In this document: piece after piece, positions 13,712 to 23,015 of the stretch
Layout: every line of letters starts with the position of its first letter
Position numbering within the stretch: the first letter of the stretch is position 1
DNA from: Candidatus Micrarchaeota archaeon
GTDB lineage: Archaea > Micrarchaeota > Micrarchaeia > Anstonellales > J096
Direction of reading: 5' to 3'
Length of the DNA stretch: 33,308 nucleotides
Assembly: GCA_025058915.1 (NCBI GenBank)
Contig: JANXEC010000002.1
Coordinates: 1-33,308 of the forward strand
Notes under the pieces: generated by a model
The model's database searches: none
The model's input: the letters and a program-made list of their open reading frames with translations, nothing else
What the model was told of the DNA's origin: nothing
Position numbers and translations under genes: made by a program

Positions 13712-15957
13712 TCTGTATCCACCTTCGTATAGTTAATCGATGTATCTCTAGACATATCTCTATTCAGAGATATAACCATGTTCCATGATATATTTGTTTT
13801 GATTTTTTCATCGTGAGTTATGATAATGAACTGATCTATGTGCTCTAGATAGAGTTTATTGATATTATCAATCAAAGAATCTATCGCGCTTTCGTCTAGG
13901 TTATGGGTAGGTTCATCAAGTATCATTACTCTTAGGTTCTTTGTGACTAGTGATAGAATTGCCATTCTCAGGGCCAAAGCATACATAGTCTTCTCACCTC
14001 CACTCAATCTATCTGCAGTAACCTGATTATTACCTGATCTTATGACTAGAACATACCCTGAGTCTTCTACCTCTATCTTAGGATCTGAATACACACCAGA
14101 ATAGTACAGACTGTTCCAGTACATACTGAAATACATGTTGATCTTATTTATTAGATTCCTTCTCCTCCTGTTCTGTAGATCTTCCATCCTCATGTGTATC
14201 TCAATTAGCTCCTGAACTATCTTCCTGAGTATCTCGAGTCTTTCGCGTTTGGAATTGTATTCATTCACCTTTGTCTTCAGATAGTTTAGCCTCTGTTTGG
14301 AATCATCTATACTCTTATCATCTCTTTTCAGAGTTTCTTTGATTGCTCTGAGCTCACTACTGATCTTTACATATTCAGAATTCCAGGTGTTGTATCTGTT
14401 CTCATCTATATCTAATCTTTTGATCTCATCCAGGAGCTTTGCCCTTTCGAGACTCAGATCTTCCTTTCGCTTCCTCTTCTGTTCTATAAGATGTTTTGTT
14501 TCACTGAGAGATCTAAGTCTTTCTCTCTCACCTATTAAATCTTTCTCAGATACTTTAGGTTCGTCTGGAATATTGATCTGTCTCAATCTCTCCTGCCTAT
14601 TGTTGAGTTCGGTCTCGATGGATTTCAGTTTCTCATCTATAGCTCTGATGCTTGATTCTGAGTCTGATATTTTTGACTTAAGTGTTTCTATGGTAATATC
14701 TATCTCTCGGATTCTGTTCTGTGTATTTGAGTTCATTCTCTCAAGTTCCGAGTATCTGATGTATCCTAATACTGCAATTGGTAGGGCGATTGCAATTAGA
14801 TATGGATTAATAGAGGATAGGAGCAGGACAATCATAATACTTATCCCATATATCTGTATATTCCTATCCTGCAGAGGAGGAACAATCTTCAATTCTGATC
14901 TCTGTGTCTGCAGAGTTTGGATATTCTGAGTGTCTTGATCTATCTGCCGATAGATATTTTCTCTCTGAGATTTTAGTTCTTTGATAGATGATTCTATGTT
15001 CTCTACCTCTGTCTCTAACCTTATTCTTTCTTCTTTCAACTTTGTTATGTTCTCTATCGTAGAGCTGATTAATTCTATTTCTCTATCTATCTCCAGAATT
15101 CTTTGTTCTATTCTTTGAAATCCTCCTAATCTCTCTATGTCTTCTGTTATTCTCTTTATTTCCTCATCAATACTTTTGATCTGACCATCTATCCGGTTCA
15201 GTGTCTGTTTGGCATTCAAATACTTCTGATACCTATCTGTGATATTGCTCTCTTCTTTCTTCATCTGATCATATCTCACAGCAAGTTCGTTGTATTGTTT
15301 CTGATGTATCTCCCTATCGTTCTCATGGCTCTTGAGTCTCTCTAACTCTCTCTGGTATTCCTCTAGATCTTTTTTGTAACTATCTATGTTATTCGATAGC
15401 TCTTTGATTCTCTTCTCCCCTTCATTTATGATTCTTTTCAACATATCGATTCTACCTTGAAATTCCTCTATACCGAGTATTCTATCTAAGTATTCTTTGA
15501 TCTGTTTTGGCTGTAGATCCATTATCTGGTATATCCCATCCTGTGCTCCATAGAAAACATTTGCAAATATAGACTCATCTACGTTCAGTAATTTCAATAC
15601 TATATTTCTTACCTCATTATCATTCTCAGATATCTTCTTGTCATCAACATACATAATCACTCTTTCTGGTTTGTTCCTGGACAGAATTCTGGTTATTTTG
15701 CATTTCCTATTATTGATTGCGAATTCCACCTCCACAGTGGCAGTATCAGATCCATCTCTGATATATTCCTTCTTTGTTGTCCTATTTATTTTTCTGTATC
15801 CCTCCCTTATCTCTCCAAACAATCCATAAACTATTCCTTCTATTATACTAGTCTTCCCTGATCCATTCTTACCATGTATGAGTATCTTACCCTTTCTGAA
15901 TTGGATCTGTGTGTCCTTATGGGACATCCAATTCTTAAGTGTGATCTTTGTTATCAT
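13708..15957 (-). CDS. Rad50/SbcC/SMC-superfamily ABC ATPase with a long coiled coil interrupted at its midpoint by a hydrophobic helical hairpin
   Basis: Walker A HGKNGSGKTS (aa 28-37), signature LSGGEKT, Walker B VMILDEPTHNLD and H-loop IIITHD. About 600 aa of E/K/R/I/L coiled coil lie between the head halves. The hairpin IQIYGISIMIVLLLSSINPYLIAIALPIAVLGYI spans aa 367-400 of 749. There is only one Cys, so no CxxC hook. Confidence 0.75.
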   Translation of the reverse strand: MITKITLKNWMSHKDTQIQFRKGKILIHGKNGSGKTSIIEGIVYGLFGEIREGYRKINRTTKKEYIRDGSDTATVEVEFAINNRKCKITRILSRNKPERVIMYVDDKKISENDNEVRNIVLKLLNVDESIFANVFYGAQDGIYQIMDLQPKQIKEYLDRILGIEEFQGRIDMLKRIINEGEKRIKELSNNIDSYKKDLEEYQRELERLKSHENDREIHQKQYNELAVRYDQMKKEESNITDRYQKYLNAKQTLNRIDGQIKSIDEEIKRITEDIERLGGFQRIEQRILEIDREIELISSTIENITKLKEERIRLETEVENIESSIKELKSQRENIYRQIDQDTQNIQTLQTQRSELKIVPPLQDRNIQIYGISIMIVLLLSSINPYLIAIALPIAVLGYIRYSELERMNSNTQNRIREIDITIETLKSKISDSESSIRAIDEKLKSIETELNNRQERLRQINIPDEPKVSEKDLIGERERLRSLSETKHLIEQKRKRKEDLSLERAKLLDEIKRLDIDENRYNTWNSEYVKISSELRAIKETLKRDDKSIDDSKQRLNYLKTKVNEYNSKRERLEILRKIVQELIEIHMRMEDLQNRRRRNLINKINMYFSMYWNSLYYSGVYSDPKIEVEDSGYVLVIRSGNNQVTADRLSGGEKTMYALALRMAILSLVTKNLRVMILDEPTHNLDESAIDSLIDNINKLYLEHIDQFIIITHDEKIKTNISWNMVISLNRDMSRDTSINYTKVDTE

Positions 15958-16691
15958 ATCTTTCTAATCGACAGAGAGAATTTATTAAAGTATAGGTTTG
16001 CTCCTAGTATTATCATAAAAGGTAGTAAGAAAAAAGTGTTTATGAACAGCATCACGTATCTTGAGATCTCCAGAGGGAATAATAGATCTAATAAGAACAA
16101 TATAGCTATGTAAAATACTATCCCCACTACTGCATACATAAACGGATATAATGCTAATTCTCTCCTAAATAGCAATAATTTCCTGATAGCAGTGTCAAAG
16201 TCAACTCCCTCTATGACGATTGCATACGGTATGAATAGAATTACATAATTCATTATCAAGAATACAACAGATATGTAAAAAGTATCAATAGACAACACAT
16301 ATGCAAATATAGTGATATTGAATTGTATCAGGAACCATACTAGAAGGAATTTATACACCTCTGGATAGGAATTGAGGATCTGTTTTATGAATAGATTCCT
16401 AGAGAGTTCTTCACTCCTGTACTCTCTGGTCGCAATTGTCAGAGTCACAAAAACTAATGTGTATATTCCCATAACTAGCAAAAACACCATAAGAGGTAAT
16501 ACCAATCCGAATAGATCTATCTCAGTTATCTTTGATATCCTCAAGAATATTCCTGTAACTGAAATATAAATATAATCATCAAACAGAAACAGAAGCACTA
16601 GAATACTAAGCAGAATCACAATACCTGATAGAGCCACTAGATCTAATCCTGTTCTGTATACATTCCATGAACTCCTGAGCTCGAAGAGCAT
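15954..16691 (-). CDS. Polytopic membrane protein (about 6-7 TM), first gene of the SMC-like ATPase operon
   Basis: Hydrophobic throughout. ATGA overlap with the downstream ATPase gene (15954-15957). Confidence 0.65.
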   Translation of the reverse strand: MLFELRSSWNVYRTGLDLVALSGIVILLSILVLLFLFDDYIYISVTGIFLRISKITEIDLFGLVLPLMVFLLVMGIYTLVFVTLTIATREYRSEELSRNLFIKQILNSYPEVYKFLLVWFLIQFNITIFAYVLSIDTFYISVVFLIMNYVILFIPYAIVIEGVDFDTAIRKLLLFRRELALYPFMYAVVGIVFYIAILFLLDLLFPLEISRYVMLFINTFFLLPFMIILGANLYFNKFSLSIRKI

Positions 16692-16695
16692 ATCT

Positions 16696-16720
16696 ATATT
16701 TAAAGCTTAGGGTTTAAAAA
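16696..16720. promoter_or_regulatory. Two TATA-like boxes (ATATTTAAAG, TTTAAAAA) in a 46-bp divergent intergenic region
   Basis: 16713-16720, read on the minus strand, is centred about 25 nt from the minus ATG at 16691. 16696-16705 lies about 38 nt upstream of ATG 16738, which is preceded by AGGTGA (16726-16731). Confidence 0.4.
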
Positions 16721-16737
16721 TAATCAGGTGAGAATAT

Positions 16738-17403
16738 ATGGCACTTTTGGATGAGGAAACAAAGAAAGCAATAAAGGATTACCTATCGAAGATGAGAGAT
16801 GTGGTAGAATTGGTTGTTGTGATAGATAGAAACTCTAAGAATTGCATGTATTGTGATGAGATCAAACAGCTGTTCGTTGAACTGGATGAGCTCAAAGTTC
16901 CGAAACTCAAGATCAAGTTGATTGAGAAATATGATGATAATGTCAAAGTATCTTACGATATATCTCCTGATCAGGTTCCTATAATTCTGATCAGAAACCC
17001 TAACATAAAAGCCTATATCGCATATAGAGGGATTCCTGCAGACCATGAATTTGGATTGTTCCTTGAGACTATTCTAGAGGTATCTACAGGACATGTTCAT
17101 CTATCTGAGGATCAGATCAATAAGGTCAAGAACATAAAGGAGAGTGTTAAGATAGATGTGTATGTAACACCTTCCTGTCCATACTGCCCTGCAGCGGTGG
17201 CATCTGCATACATGCTTGCTATGATAAATCCAAACATCAAGGCATATGCAGTGGAGGCAACAGAATTTCCAGAGGAGAGTAATAGATATAGAATAAGAGC
17301 AGTGCCTACTGTAGTAATAAATAATGGGCAGAATAGGTTTGAGGGAGCATTACCTATAGATAGGTTCATTGCAAAGATAGAGGAGACTCTATCTAAAAAA
17401 TGA
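16738..17403 (+). CDS. Protein disulfide oxidoreductase (glutaredoxin-like, two thioredoxin-fold units; PfPDO type)
   Basis: Two CxxC sites, NCMYCDE in the N-terminal unit and PSCPYCPAAV in the C-terminal unit. The C-terminal AVPTVVIN carries the cis-Pro motif. The 221-aa length fits. Confidence 0.8.
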   Translation: MALLDEETKKAIKDYLSKMRDVVELVVVIDRNSKNCMYCDEIKQLFVELDELKVPKLKIKLIEKYDDNVKVSYDISPDQVPIILIRNPNIKAYIAYRGIPADHEFGLFLETILEVSTGHVHLSEDQINKVKNIKESVKIDVYVTPSCPYCPAAVASAYMLAMINPNIKAYAVEATEFPEESNRYRIRAVPTVVINNGQNRFEGALPIDRFIAKIEETLSKK

Positions 17404-18437
17404 GTATTGAGACCAGGCTAAATCTCATAAGGAGAAGACCAACAGAGGAGATAGTTAACGAAGAGTCTCTAATACAGAGACTATCCACTGGAGGTAGGAT
17501 AAAACACTATATCGGATTTGAAGTCTCTGGATTGATACATCTAGGTACTGTATCAACTCTCCTGAAGATCCAAGATCTCAGGAGAGCTGGCGTGGATGTG
17601 AATATATTCATAGCAGATTATCATAGTTGGATAAATCGCAAATTCGGAGGAGATCTGGAACTCATAAGGAAGATTGCTAATGAATATTTCAAACCATTCC
17701 TGGAGGCTCTAGGTATAGAGGCTAATTACATCATGGCATCTGAACTCTATGACAATGAATACTGGAAGATGGTTATACAGATAGGTAATTCTAGCACTGT
17801 GAGCAGAGTCAGGAGAACCCTAACGATAATGGGTAGGGAAGATGCCGATAGTAATCCTGTATCTTTCTTTATTTATCCTCTCATGCAGGCTGCAGATATA
17901 TTTAGATTGGATGTAGATATTGCTCATGCGGGTATGGATCAGAGAAAAGTACACATGCTTGCTATCGATGTGGCAAAGAAGATAGGCAAGCCTGAGCCCA
18001 TATGTTTACACACCCATCTTATACCTGCACTGGATTATGATGGTAGGATGGATATAGTTGATGCTAAGATGAGTAAGAGCAAGGAGGGAGGGGCCATATT
18101 CATACATGATTCTGAAGAACAGATCAAGGAGAAAATTTCTAAGGCATATGCTCCACAGAGGACACTTGAGAACAATGTGGTTTATGAGATCTTGAAATGG
18201 ATGCTTGTGAGAGATGATACTGAAGAGTTTACTATTCATAGAGACATGAAATTCGGAGGGGATATAACTATCACAATCCCAGAGTTTGAGAGACTCTATA
18301 CTGAAGGTAAAATACATCCTGCAGATGTAAAGAGATACGTGTATGAGAGACTGGTTGAGATGCTCAGGCCTGCAAGAGAGTTGACAGAGAGAAAGAGAGA
18401 ATTGGTTGAGTTTGTGAAGGCTGCCAGAACAAGGTAA
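17400..18437 (+). CDS. tyrS: Tyrosyl-tRNA synthetase (archaeal type 4)
   Basis: MSIETRLNLIRRRPTEEIV, HYIGFEVSGLIHLG (HIGH region), ADYHSWIN, YPLMQAADI, HAGMDQRK and KMSKSK. It resembles the Pyrococcus-type TyrRS closely. ATGA overlap with the PDO gene. Confidence 0.85.
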   Translation: MSIETRLNLIRRRPTEEIVNEESLIQRLSTGGRIKHYIGFEVSGLIHLGTVSTLLKIQDLRRAGVDVNIFIADYHSWINRKFGGDLELIRKIANEYFKPFLEALGIEANYIMASELYDNEYWKMVIQIGNSSTVSRVRRTLTIMGREDADSNPVSFFIYPLMQAADIFRLDVDIAHAGMDQRKVHMLAIDVAKKIGKPEPICLHTHLIPALDYDGRMDIVDAKMSKSKEGGAIFIHDSEEQIKEKISKAYAPQRTLENNVVYEILKWMLVRDDTEEFTIHRDMKFGGDITITIPEFERLYTEGKIHPADVKRYVYERLVEMLRPARELTERKRELVEFVKAARTR

Positions 18438-18438
18438 A

Positions 18439-18446
18439 TTTAAAAA
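18439..18446 (+). promoter_or_regulatory. TATA box TTTAAAAA for the S19e operon
   Basis: Lies immediately after the tyrS stop and is centred about 28 nt upstream of ATG 18471. Confidence 0.45.
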
Positions 18447-18470
18447 CTCTTGTATGGTCTAAAATTAAAC

Positions 18471-18869
18471 ATGCATGTAGTTGAAACCAGAGCAGATCTA
18501 CTGATCAGAAAGTTAGCTGAGAGACTCAAGGGTGAACTACCCAAACCAGAATGGGTGGATTATGTTAAGGCAGGGGTGTATGCGGAGAGACCTCCTGAGA
18601 GCGAGGATTTCTGGTGGATCAGAGCTGCAGCTATCATGAGAAAACTATATCTCAATGGATCTATAGGGGTGAGTAGGATGAGAAGGCTGTATGGTAAGAG
18701 GAAGAAGAGGGGGGTAAAGCCAGAACACAGATATCCAGCAGGAGGTAAGATAATAAGAAATATATTTCAGGGTCTTGAGAGGCTTGGTTATGTTAAGAGA
18801 ACTGAGAGAGGGAGAGAACTTACTGGGAAAGGGAGAGCTCTCTTGGATGAACTGGCTAAAGGACTATGA
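18471..18869 (+). CDS. rps19e: 30S ribosomal protein S19e
   Basis: MHVVETRADLLIRKLAERLKG..PEWVDYVKAGVYAERPP..DFWWIRAAAIMRKLYL..GVSRMRRLYG...LERLGYV. The track start at 18450 is TTG inside the promoter, so ATG 18471 is preferred. Confidence 0.85.
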   Translation: MHVVETRADLLIRKLAERLKGELPKPEWVDYVKAGVYAERPPESEDFWWIRAAAIMRKLYLNGSIGVSRMRRLYGKRKKRGVKPEHRYPAGGKIIRNIFQGLERLGYVKRTERGRELTGKGRALLDELAKGL

Positions 18870-19147
18870 AAACAGACGATCCAGAGAATCAGGATCAGAA
18901 CAAACTCGTAGAGGAAATAAAACTGAAGAGATTTCTGTCTCAAGCACTATCTCCAGAAGCATATAGCAGGTTGATGAATGTTAAGGTTGCCAATCCAGAG
19001 TTGTTCCAGAGAGCATCTGCTTTGATAATACAGTATTACTCGAGATATCACAAGAGGATAGACGAGAGAGAATTGATAGAGCTACTGAAACAGATCATAG
19101 GGAGAGATGATAGTGATAGGGGAGGTATAATAATAAGGAGAAAGTGA
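18866..19147 (+). CDS. DNA-binding protein of the PDCD5/TFAR19 (MTH1615-like) family
   Basis: LSQALSPEAYSRLMNVKVANPELFQRASALIIQ...IDERELIELLKQI matches the dsDNA-binding PDCD5 pattern. The conserved archaeal S19e-PDCD5 gene pair is retained, with an ATGA overlap. Confidence 0.7.
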   Translation: MKTDDPENQDQNKLVEEIKLKRFLSQALSPEAYSRLMNVKVANPELFQRASALIIQYYSRYHKRIDERELIELLKQIIGRDDSDRGGIIIRRK

Positions 19148-19150
19148 TGA

Positions 19151-19161
19151 TTTTTTAAAAA
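19151..19161 (+). promoter_or_regulatory. TATA-like box TTTTTTAAAAA for the six-gene membrane-protein operon; its T6 run may also terminate the S19e operon
   Basis: Centred about 28 nt upstream of ATG 19184. It is the only such box I see before the six abutting genes. Confidence 0.45.
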
Positions 19162-19183
19162 GTGTTCTAAATAATAAAAATAG

Positions 19184-20722
19184 ATGGGGGTAATAGATAT
19201 AATTTTGCTCAATATACCAATGCTTGCAATAGGTTTAGGTATTGGTATATCTATATCGGTAATGATGTATTTCTATAATGTTATATTCAACAAAGACCAA
19301 GCAAAAGCACTCGATACAACCAAAGATGTTCTCATAATTGTACTATATATAGCCATGCTGTTTGTTATAGATGGATTCTACGGAATGTTTCTATCGAGTT
19401 GGTTAGGGATAAGTGCAACATCTTCAAGTGGCCTCAGAATCGCAGAGGCGGTTATATACAAAGACATAGACAAATTCAGAGAGACATTGTTCTATATCTA
19501 CATAACTGATTTCCTGTTCAGTCTAGCAGGATCTTTCAATGCTCACTTACATGTTGGCCTGAACCCAGAGCAGAGCAAACTATCTGGATCATCCATAATC
19601 AGAGGATTGGCAGGTCCATTTGCCAGTATGATGGGAGGGAAGGCTGCAGTGGATCCGTACAAAGCAGACATATCGATCGATCTTATGGGTAAGATGGGAT
19701 CTAGTATTCAGTTGCTCTACAATGCATCATATGGATTGTTCCTGGTATTAGTATATAAATACATCAAATTAACAGTAATCACCTATTTGCCTCTGATTAT
19801 GTCTATATTTATACCCATGGCCCTGGTGTTGTTGTTCATCCCTATCACTAGAAAGGTAGGTCTCACTATCATAGGTTTGGCAATAACCCTCTACTATCTC
19901 TTCCCAGTCTTCATTATATACTCAGACACTGTTCTTAGGAGGATGCCTGATTTTGATCATAGATACATATCATCGTACATATCCCCTACAATCGTAGAAT
20001 TTCTAGATAGATCCTATTCACCTAACAATCCATCACAGAGTATAGGATATAAATATGCATTTCTGGAGAGGGAAAGAAGAATTGCAAGTGTGATGAATGA
20101 TTATGTGTTCCTGGAGCAAGATACTAGTAACATTATGGAACCTGATAAGAATAATATTTTAGCCAACAGAACCAAAGAGGGCATGGGTATTATGTATGTA
20201 TATTCCTTCGTTGATGCACAATCTGTATGTGAGAGGAATGTTTATGACACAGAGGTTTGTAAGGAGTACCAAACACAGAATGTAGGGGATTTCAGATCAG
20301 AAAACGCATTAGCTCCTGTGGGATCTTTCTACATGAATGTTGTAAAGTATTCTGGATTGGTTAGGATGAGTGCTGGGTTGGCAGAATTGTCTAAGGTTAT
20401 CAAAGGAACTACTCCCCTGACTATGATCATAGGGAGTATGCTGGGGATCGCTTTGAACATTCTCTCATTTGCACTGTATGCAAGTATGCTCCTACCTATA
20501 CCTGGTCTATCGCAGATACTCTATGGATTCTTGGGTATTCCATTCTTACCATTCCTACTCTTCAAGACTGCACTGGAGGCAGCTCTGATAGCATACAAAG
20601 TTATTATATATGGATCAATTACTATCTTTTTAGATATATTTCTCATAATAACAGGCTACAGAGCAGTGGCATCTGTGATAGGGGCCGAACAGAGAATATT
20701 AGGATTGGAGAAGGTGTTGTAG
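19184..20722 (+). CDS. Paralog A (512 aa) of an unassigned polytopic membrane protein family
   Basis: About 9-10 hydrophobic segments. The core block LLFIPITRKVGLTIIGLAITLYYLFP is at aa 216-241 (nt 19829-19906). A hydrophilic loop of more than 100 aa contains a C-x9-C pair (nt 20228-20260). The C-terminus is GAEQRILGLEKVL. Confidence 0.85.
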   Translation: MGVIDIILLNIPMLAIGLGIGISISVMMYFYNVIFNKDQAKALDTTKDVLIIVLYIAMLFVIDGFYGMFLSSWLGISATSSSGLRIAEAVIYKDIDKFRETLFYIYITDFLFSLAGSFNAHLHVGLNPEQSKLSGSSIIRGLAGPFASMMGGKAAVDPYKADISIDLMGKMGSSIQLLYNASYGLFLVLVYKYIKLTVITYLPLIMSIFIPMALVLLFIPITRKVGLTIIGLAITLYYLFPVFIIYSDTVLRRMPDFDHRYISSYISPTIVEFLDRSYSPNNPSQSIGYKYAFLERERRIASVMNDYVFLEQDTSNIMEPDKNNILANRTKEGMGIMYVYSFVDAQSVCERNVYDTEVCKEYQTQNVGDFRSENALAPVGSFYMNVVKYSGLVRMSAGLAELSKVIKGTTPLTMIIGSMLGIALNILSFALYASMLLPIPGLSQILYGFLGIPFLPFLLFKTALEAALIAYKVIIYGSITIFLDIFLIITGYRAVASVIGAEQRILGLEKVL

Positions 20723-21811
20723 ATGGGTTCTATCCTAGGGAGTCTAGGTACATTCACCATGACATTAATAGGAATAGTAGTAGTGTATATGGTATTACTT
20801 TATGTTCTATCTAGACTGGCTAAGAATGAGGAGTGGAACCAGAATTTCAAGATAGAATTCAAACAGCTCCTCCTGAGTATTATGATATATGTAAGTATAT
20901 TTGGAATATCAAACGCAGTGCATCAACTGTATTCAACGTATTCTGTAGGTACAGATCTTTTCAGTTTCATATCAACCCAACTCATAATGATGTTGAAGAA
21001 CCTGCAATTCTATGCCTCTCATCTCATGCTATCTGCTAGTATGATGAAAATGTATGGAGAGTTTACAAATATAGGTTATCCACATGGATCATATGGATCT
21101 GCAAGGTTAGTAGCTTTCCCTGGGATTGATCTGTTGGCATCTGTAACGTTTCAGATAAGAGATATCATAATGATAGCTACGGGTGGATTGGTGGTTCAGT
21201 CCGTGGCTATGGATCTGATCAGAAACTTAGCCCTTACAGTGGTATTACCCATAGGCGTTATACTTAGAATATTACCCATCACGAGACAGTTTGGTAATGA
21301 GATGATAGGTCTGAGTGTAGCGATGTACCTCATATTACCTCTGATGTATTTTGTTTTTCTTAACACAATTGCAGAGATCAGCGATGATAGAGGAGGATTC
21401 ATGAAGAGATTCACAAACCAATATCTAGGTCTGAATTCTAATGACGTAATAGAACCAGACAAGATATTTGTGAACCTCATGAATAATAAATCCAATAATG
21501 GCATTGAACAGGGAGAGAGAACTCTGAAGGACTATTTCGATACATACTACAAGAGAGAGATCGACAGAGAGATTCAGGAGAAAACATCAACTCCTGATGA
21601 AATATACAGAACTTTTGAAGTCTACATGACAATCAGTCTGATCCAATCTAGCTTTGTGATAACTCTACCCATACAGTTCCTATTCATGTATTCTCTGTAT
21701 CTATATGCATCTGGATTTCTAGTGTTTGGTTTCGGTTTGCCTGGATTTGCTCTAGCAATAACACTGACCGCTGCAAAGAGCATAAGAGATTCACTAGAGA
21801 GGTTGGTATAA
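20723..21811 (+). CDS. Paralog B (362 aa) of the same membrane protein family
   Basis: The ATG abuts the stop of A. The core block LRILPITRQFGNEMIGLSVAMYLILP is at nt 21263-21340. The C-terminus is KSIRDSLERLV. There is no Cys. GGTG lies 6 nt upstream of the ATG. Confidence 0.85.
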   Translation: MGSILGSLGTFTMTLIGIVVVYMVLLYVLSRLAKNEEWNQNFKIEFKQLLLSIMIYVSIFGISNAVHQLYSTYSVGTDLFSFISTQLIMMLKNLQFYASHLMLSASMMKMYGEFTNIGYPHGSYGSARLVAFPGIDLLASVTFQIRDIIMIATGGLVVQSVAMDLIRNLALTVVLPIGVILRILPITRQFGNEMIGLSVAMYLILPLMYFVFLNTIAEISDDRGGFMKRFTNQYLGLNSNDVIEPDKIFVNLMNNKSNNGIEQGERTLKDYFDTYYKREIDREIQEKTSTPDEIYRTFEVYMTISLIQSSFVITLPIQFLFMYSLYLYASGFLVFGFGLPGFALAITLTAAKSIRDSLERLV

Positions 21812-21812
21812 G

Positions 21813-23015
21813 ATGAACCCTATCTTCCAAGCGATCATGCCTGTGGTGTTGCTATCTATTCTTATATACATAATCGCCCAATTGGTTGCTAGAGTGCTGA
21901 ATAAACCAGATGTGGTTGGATATATGAATTCCGAACTACTTGGAATATTGATATTTTTGACTATATTAGTTACATTGGTTCATGTGATAGATCTAATTGT
22001 TTATGGAAGTGTTTCGATTCTCAATCCAACTGCAAAACAAGACATATGTGATGCAAACGGAATATCCATACACAGATGTCATGTTACTATTGCTGGATAT
22101 TTCTTAGAGAGTATTCTGAGAGAACTTACGGATTACTATATACAACTGAATTCTCTATCGTTGATTGTAAGTTTTGTCAAGTCACTCTATGGAGTGAAGG
22201 CAATTCAGGGAGATAAGTTTGTGAAACTGAATTTCATGGGATTTGTACACATACCCGAATCCTACATAGATCCATTGATAGGTTTGACACAGAGTATGTT
22301 ACAGTTTGGGATAGCACAGTTTATGATATTATGGTACATTACATCACCCCAATTCTTCGTTGGATTCTTAAGTCTAGGTTTGGTATTGAGATTGTTTGCA
22401 CCAACCAAGAGTGCTGGTGGTTTGATAATAGCTCTGGTGTTAGGGCTATATTATGTATTTCCTATGGCATATGTTTTGATAGATGTTCATTACAGAAATG
22501 CATACGATGGAACATATGGTTTTAACAAGATCAATACTTTTAGAATCACAGATCATCTCCTATCAGCATTTGGATTACCATTTTCTAGTGAAATAGAAGG
22601 GGCTATAAATGCCCTGAGAGAGGTACAGAGATCATATGACGGGTCTCAGTCAGGCACTTCCAATCCAGATTCTGCAGCATCATCAGTAGCAGGATCTATA
22701 TCATATCTATCTAGTCTAGTAGCATTGATTATGAAAATATCTGTGATAGTGAGTGCTCTCTTCATACCTCAATTGCTCTCTTTCATACCTGGAATTATAA
22801 CAGGATATACTCTGTTGGCAGATGTGTCCCCACAGGTTTTCTTGGGGAGTGTGGTGAGAGTACCTGTGATACTTCTAAACATATATACTGAGTTCTTCCT
22901 TATCTTTGCAGTACTGATCTACATATCTCTGATCAGTACTATTGCTTTTATTAAAACATTCTCTCCTATATTGGGTGGTGACGTTGAGATTGCTGGTATT
23001 ACTCGTTTTATTTAG
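21813..23015 (+). CDS. Paralog C (400 aa) of the same membrane protein family
   Basis: A 1-nt spacer follows B. The core block LRLFAPTKSAGGLIIALVLGLYYVFP is at nt 22386-22463. A C-x9-C pair (CDANGISIHRC) is present. The C-terminus is GGDVEIAGITRFI. Confidence 0.85.
   Translation: MNPIFQAIMPVVLLSILIYIIAQLVARVLNKPDVVGYMNSELLGILIFLTILVTLVHVIDLIVYGSVSILNPTAKQDICDANGISIHRCHVTIAGYFLESILRELTDYYIQLNSLSLIVSFVKSLYGVKAIQGDKFVKLNFMGFVHIPESYIDPLIGLTQSMLQFGIAQFMILWYITSPQFFVGFLSLGLVLRLFAPTKSAGGLIIALVLGLYYVFPMAYVLIDVHYRNAYDGTYGFNKINTFRITDHLLSAFGLPFSSEIEGAINALREVQRSYDGSQSGTSNPDSAASSVAGSISYLSSLVALIMKISVIVSALFIPQLLSFIPGIITGYTLLADVSPQVFLGSVVRVPVILLNIYTEFFLIFAVLIYISLISTIAFIKTFSPILGGDVEIAGITRFI

Noticed and set aside
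14297-14929. 210-aa plus-strand Ser/Leu/Ile-rich ORF
   Set aside because: It is an antisense shadow of the E/K/R-rich coiled coil of the Rad50-like gene. Its low-complexity composition is typical of such shadows, and the strongly motif-supported gene occupies the other strand.
13708-15957. Annotating the 749-aa ATPase simply as Rad50
   Set aside because: It has no CxxC zinc hook (a single Cys in the whole protein) and no adjacent Mre11. It is also shorter than typical archaeal Rad50 and carries a central hydrophobic hairpin. It is therefore called only a Rad50/SMC-superfamily ATPase.
18450-18470. TTG-initiated 7-codon extension of S19e
   Set aside because: The TTG lies essentially within or abutting the TATA box. 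ATG 18471 gives the conventional S19e N-terminus and the correct promoter spacing.
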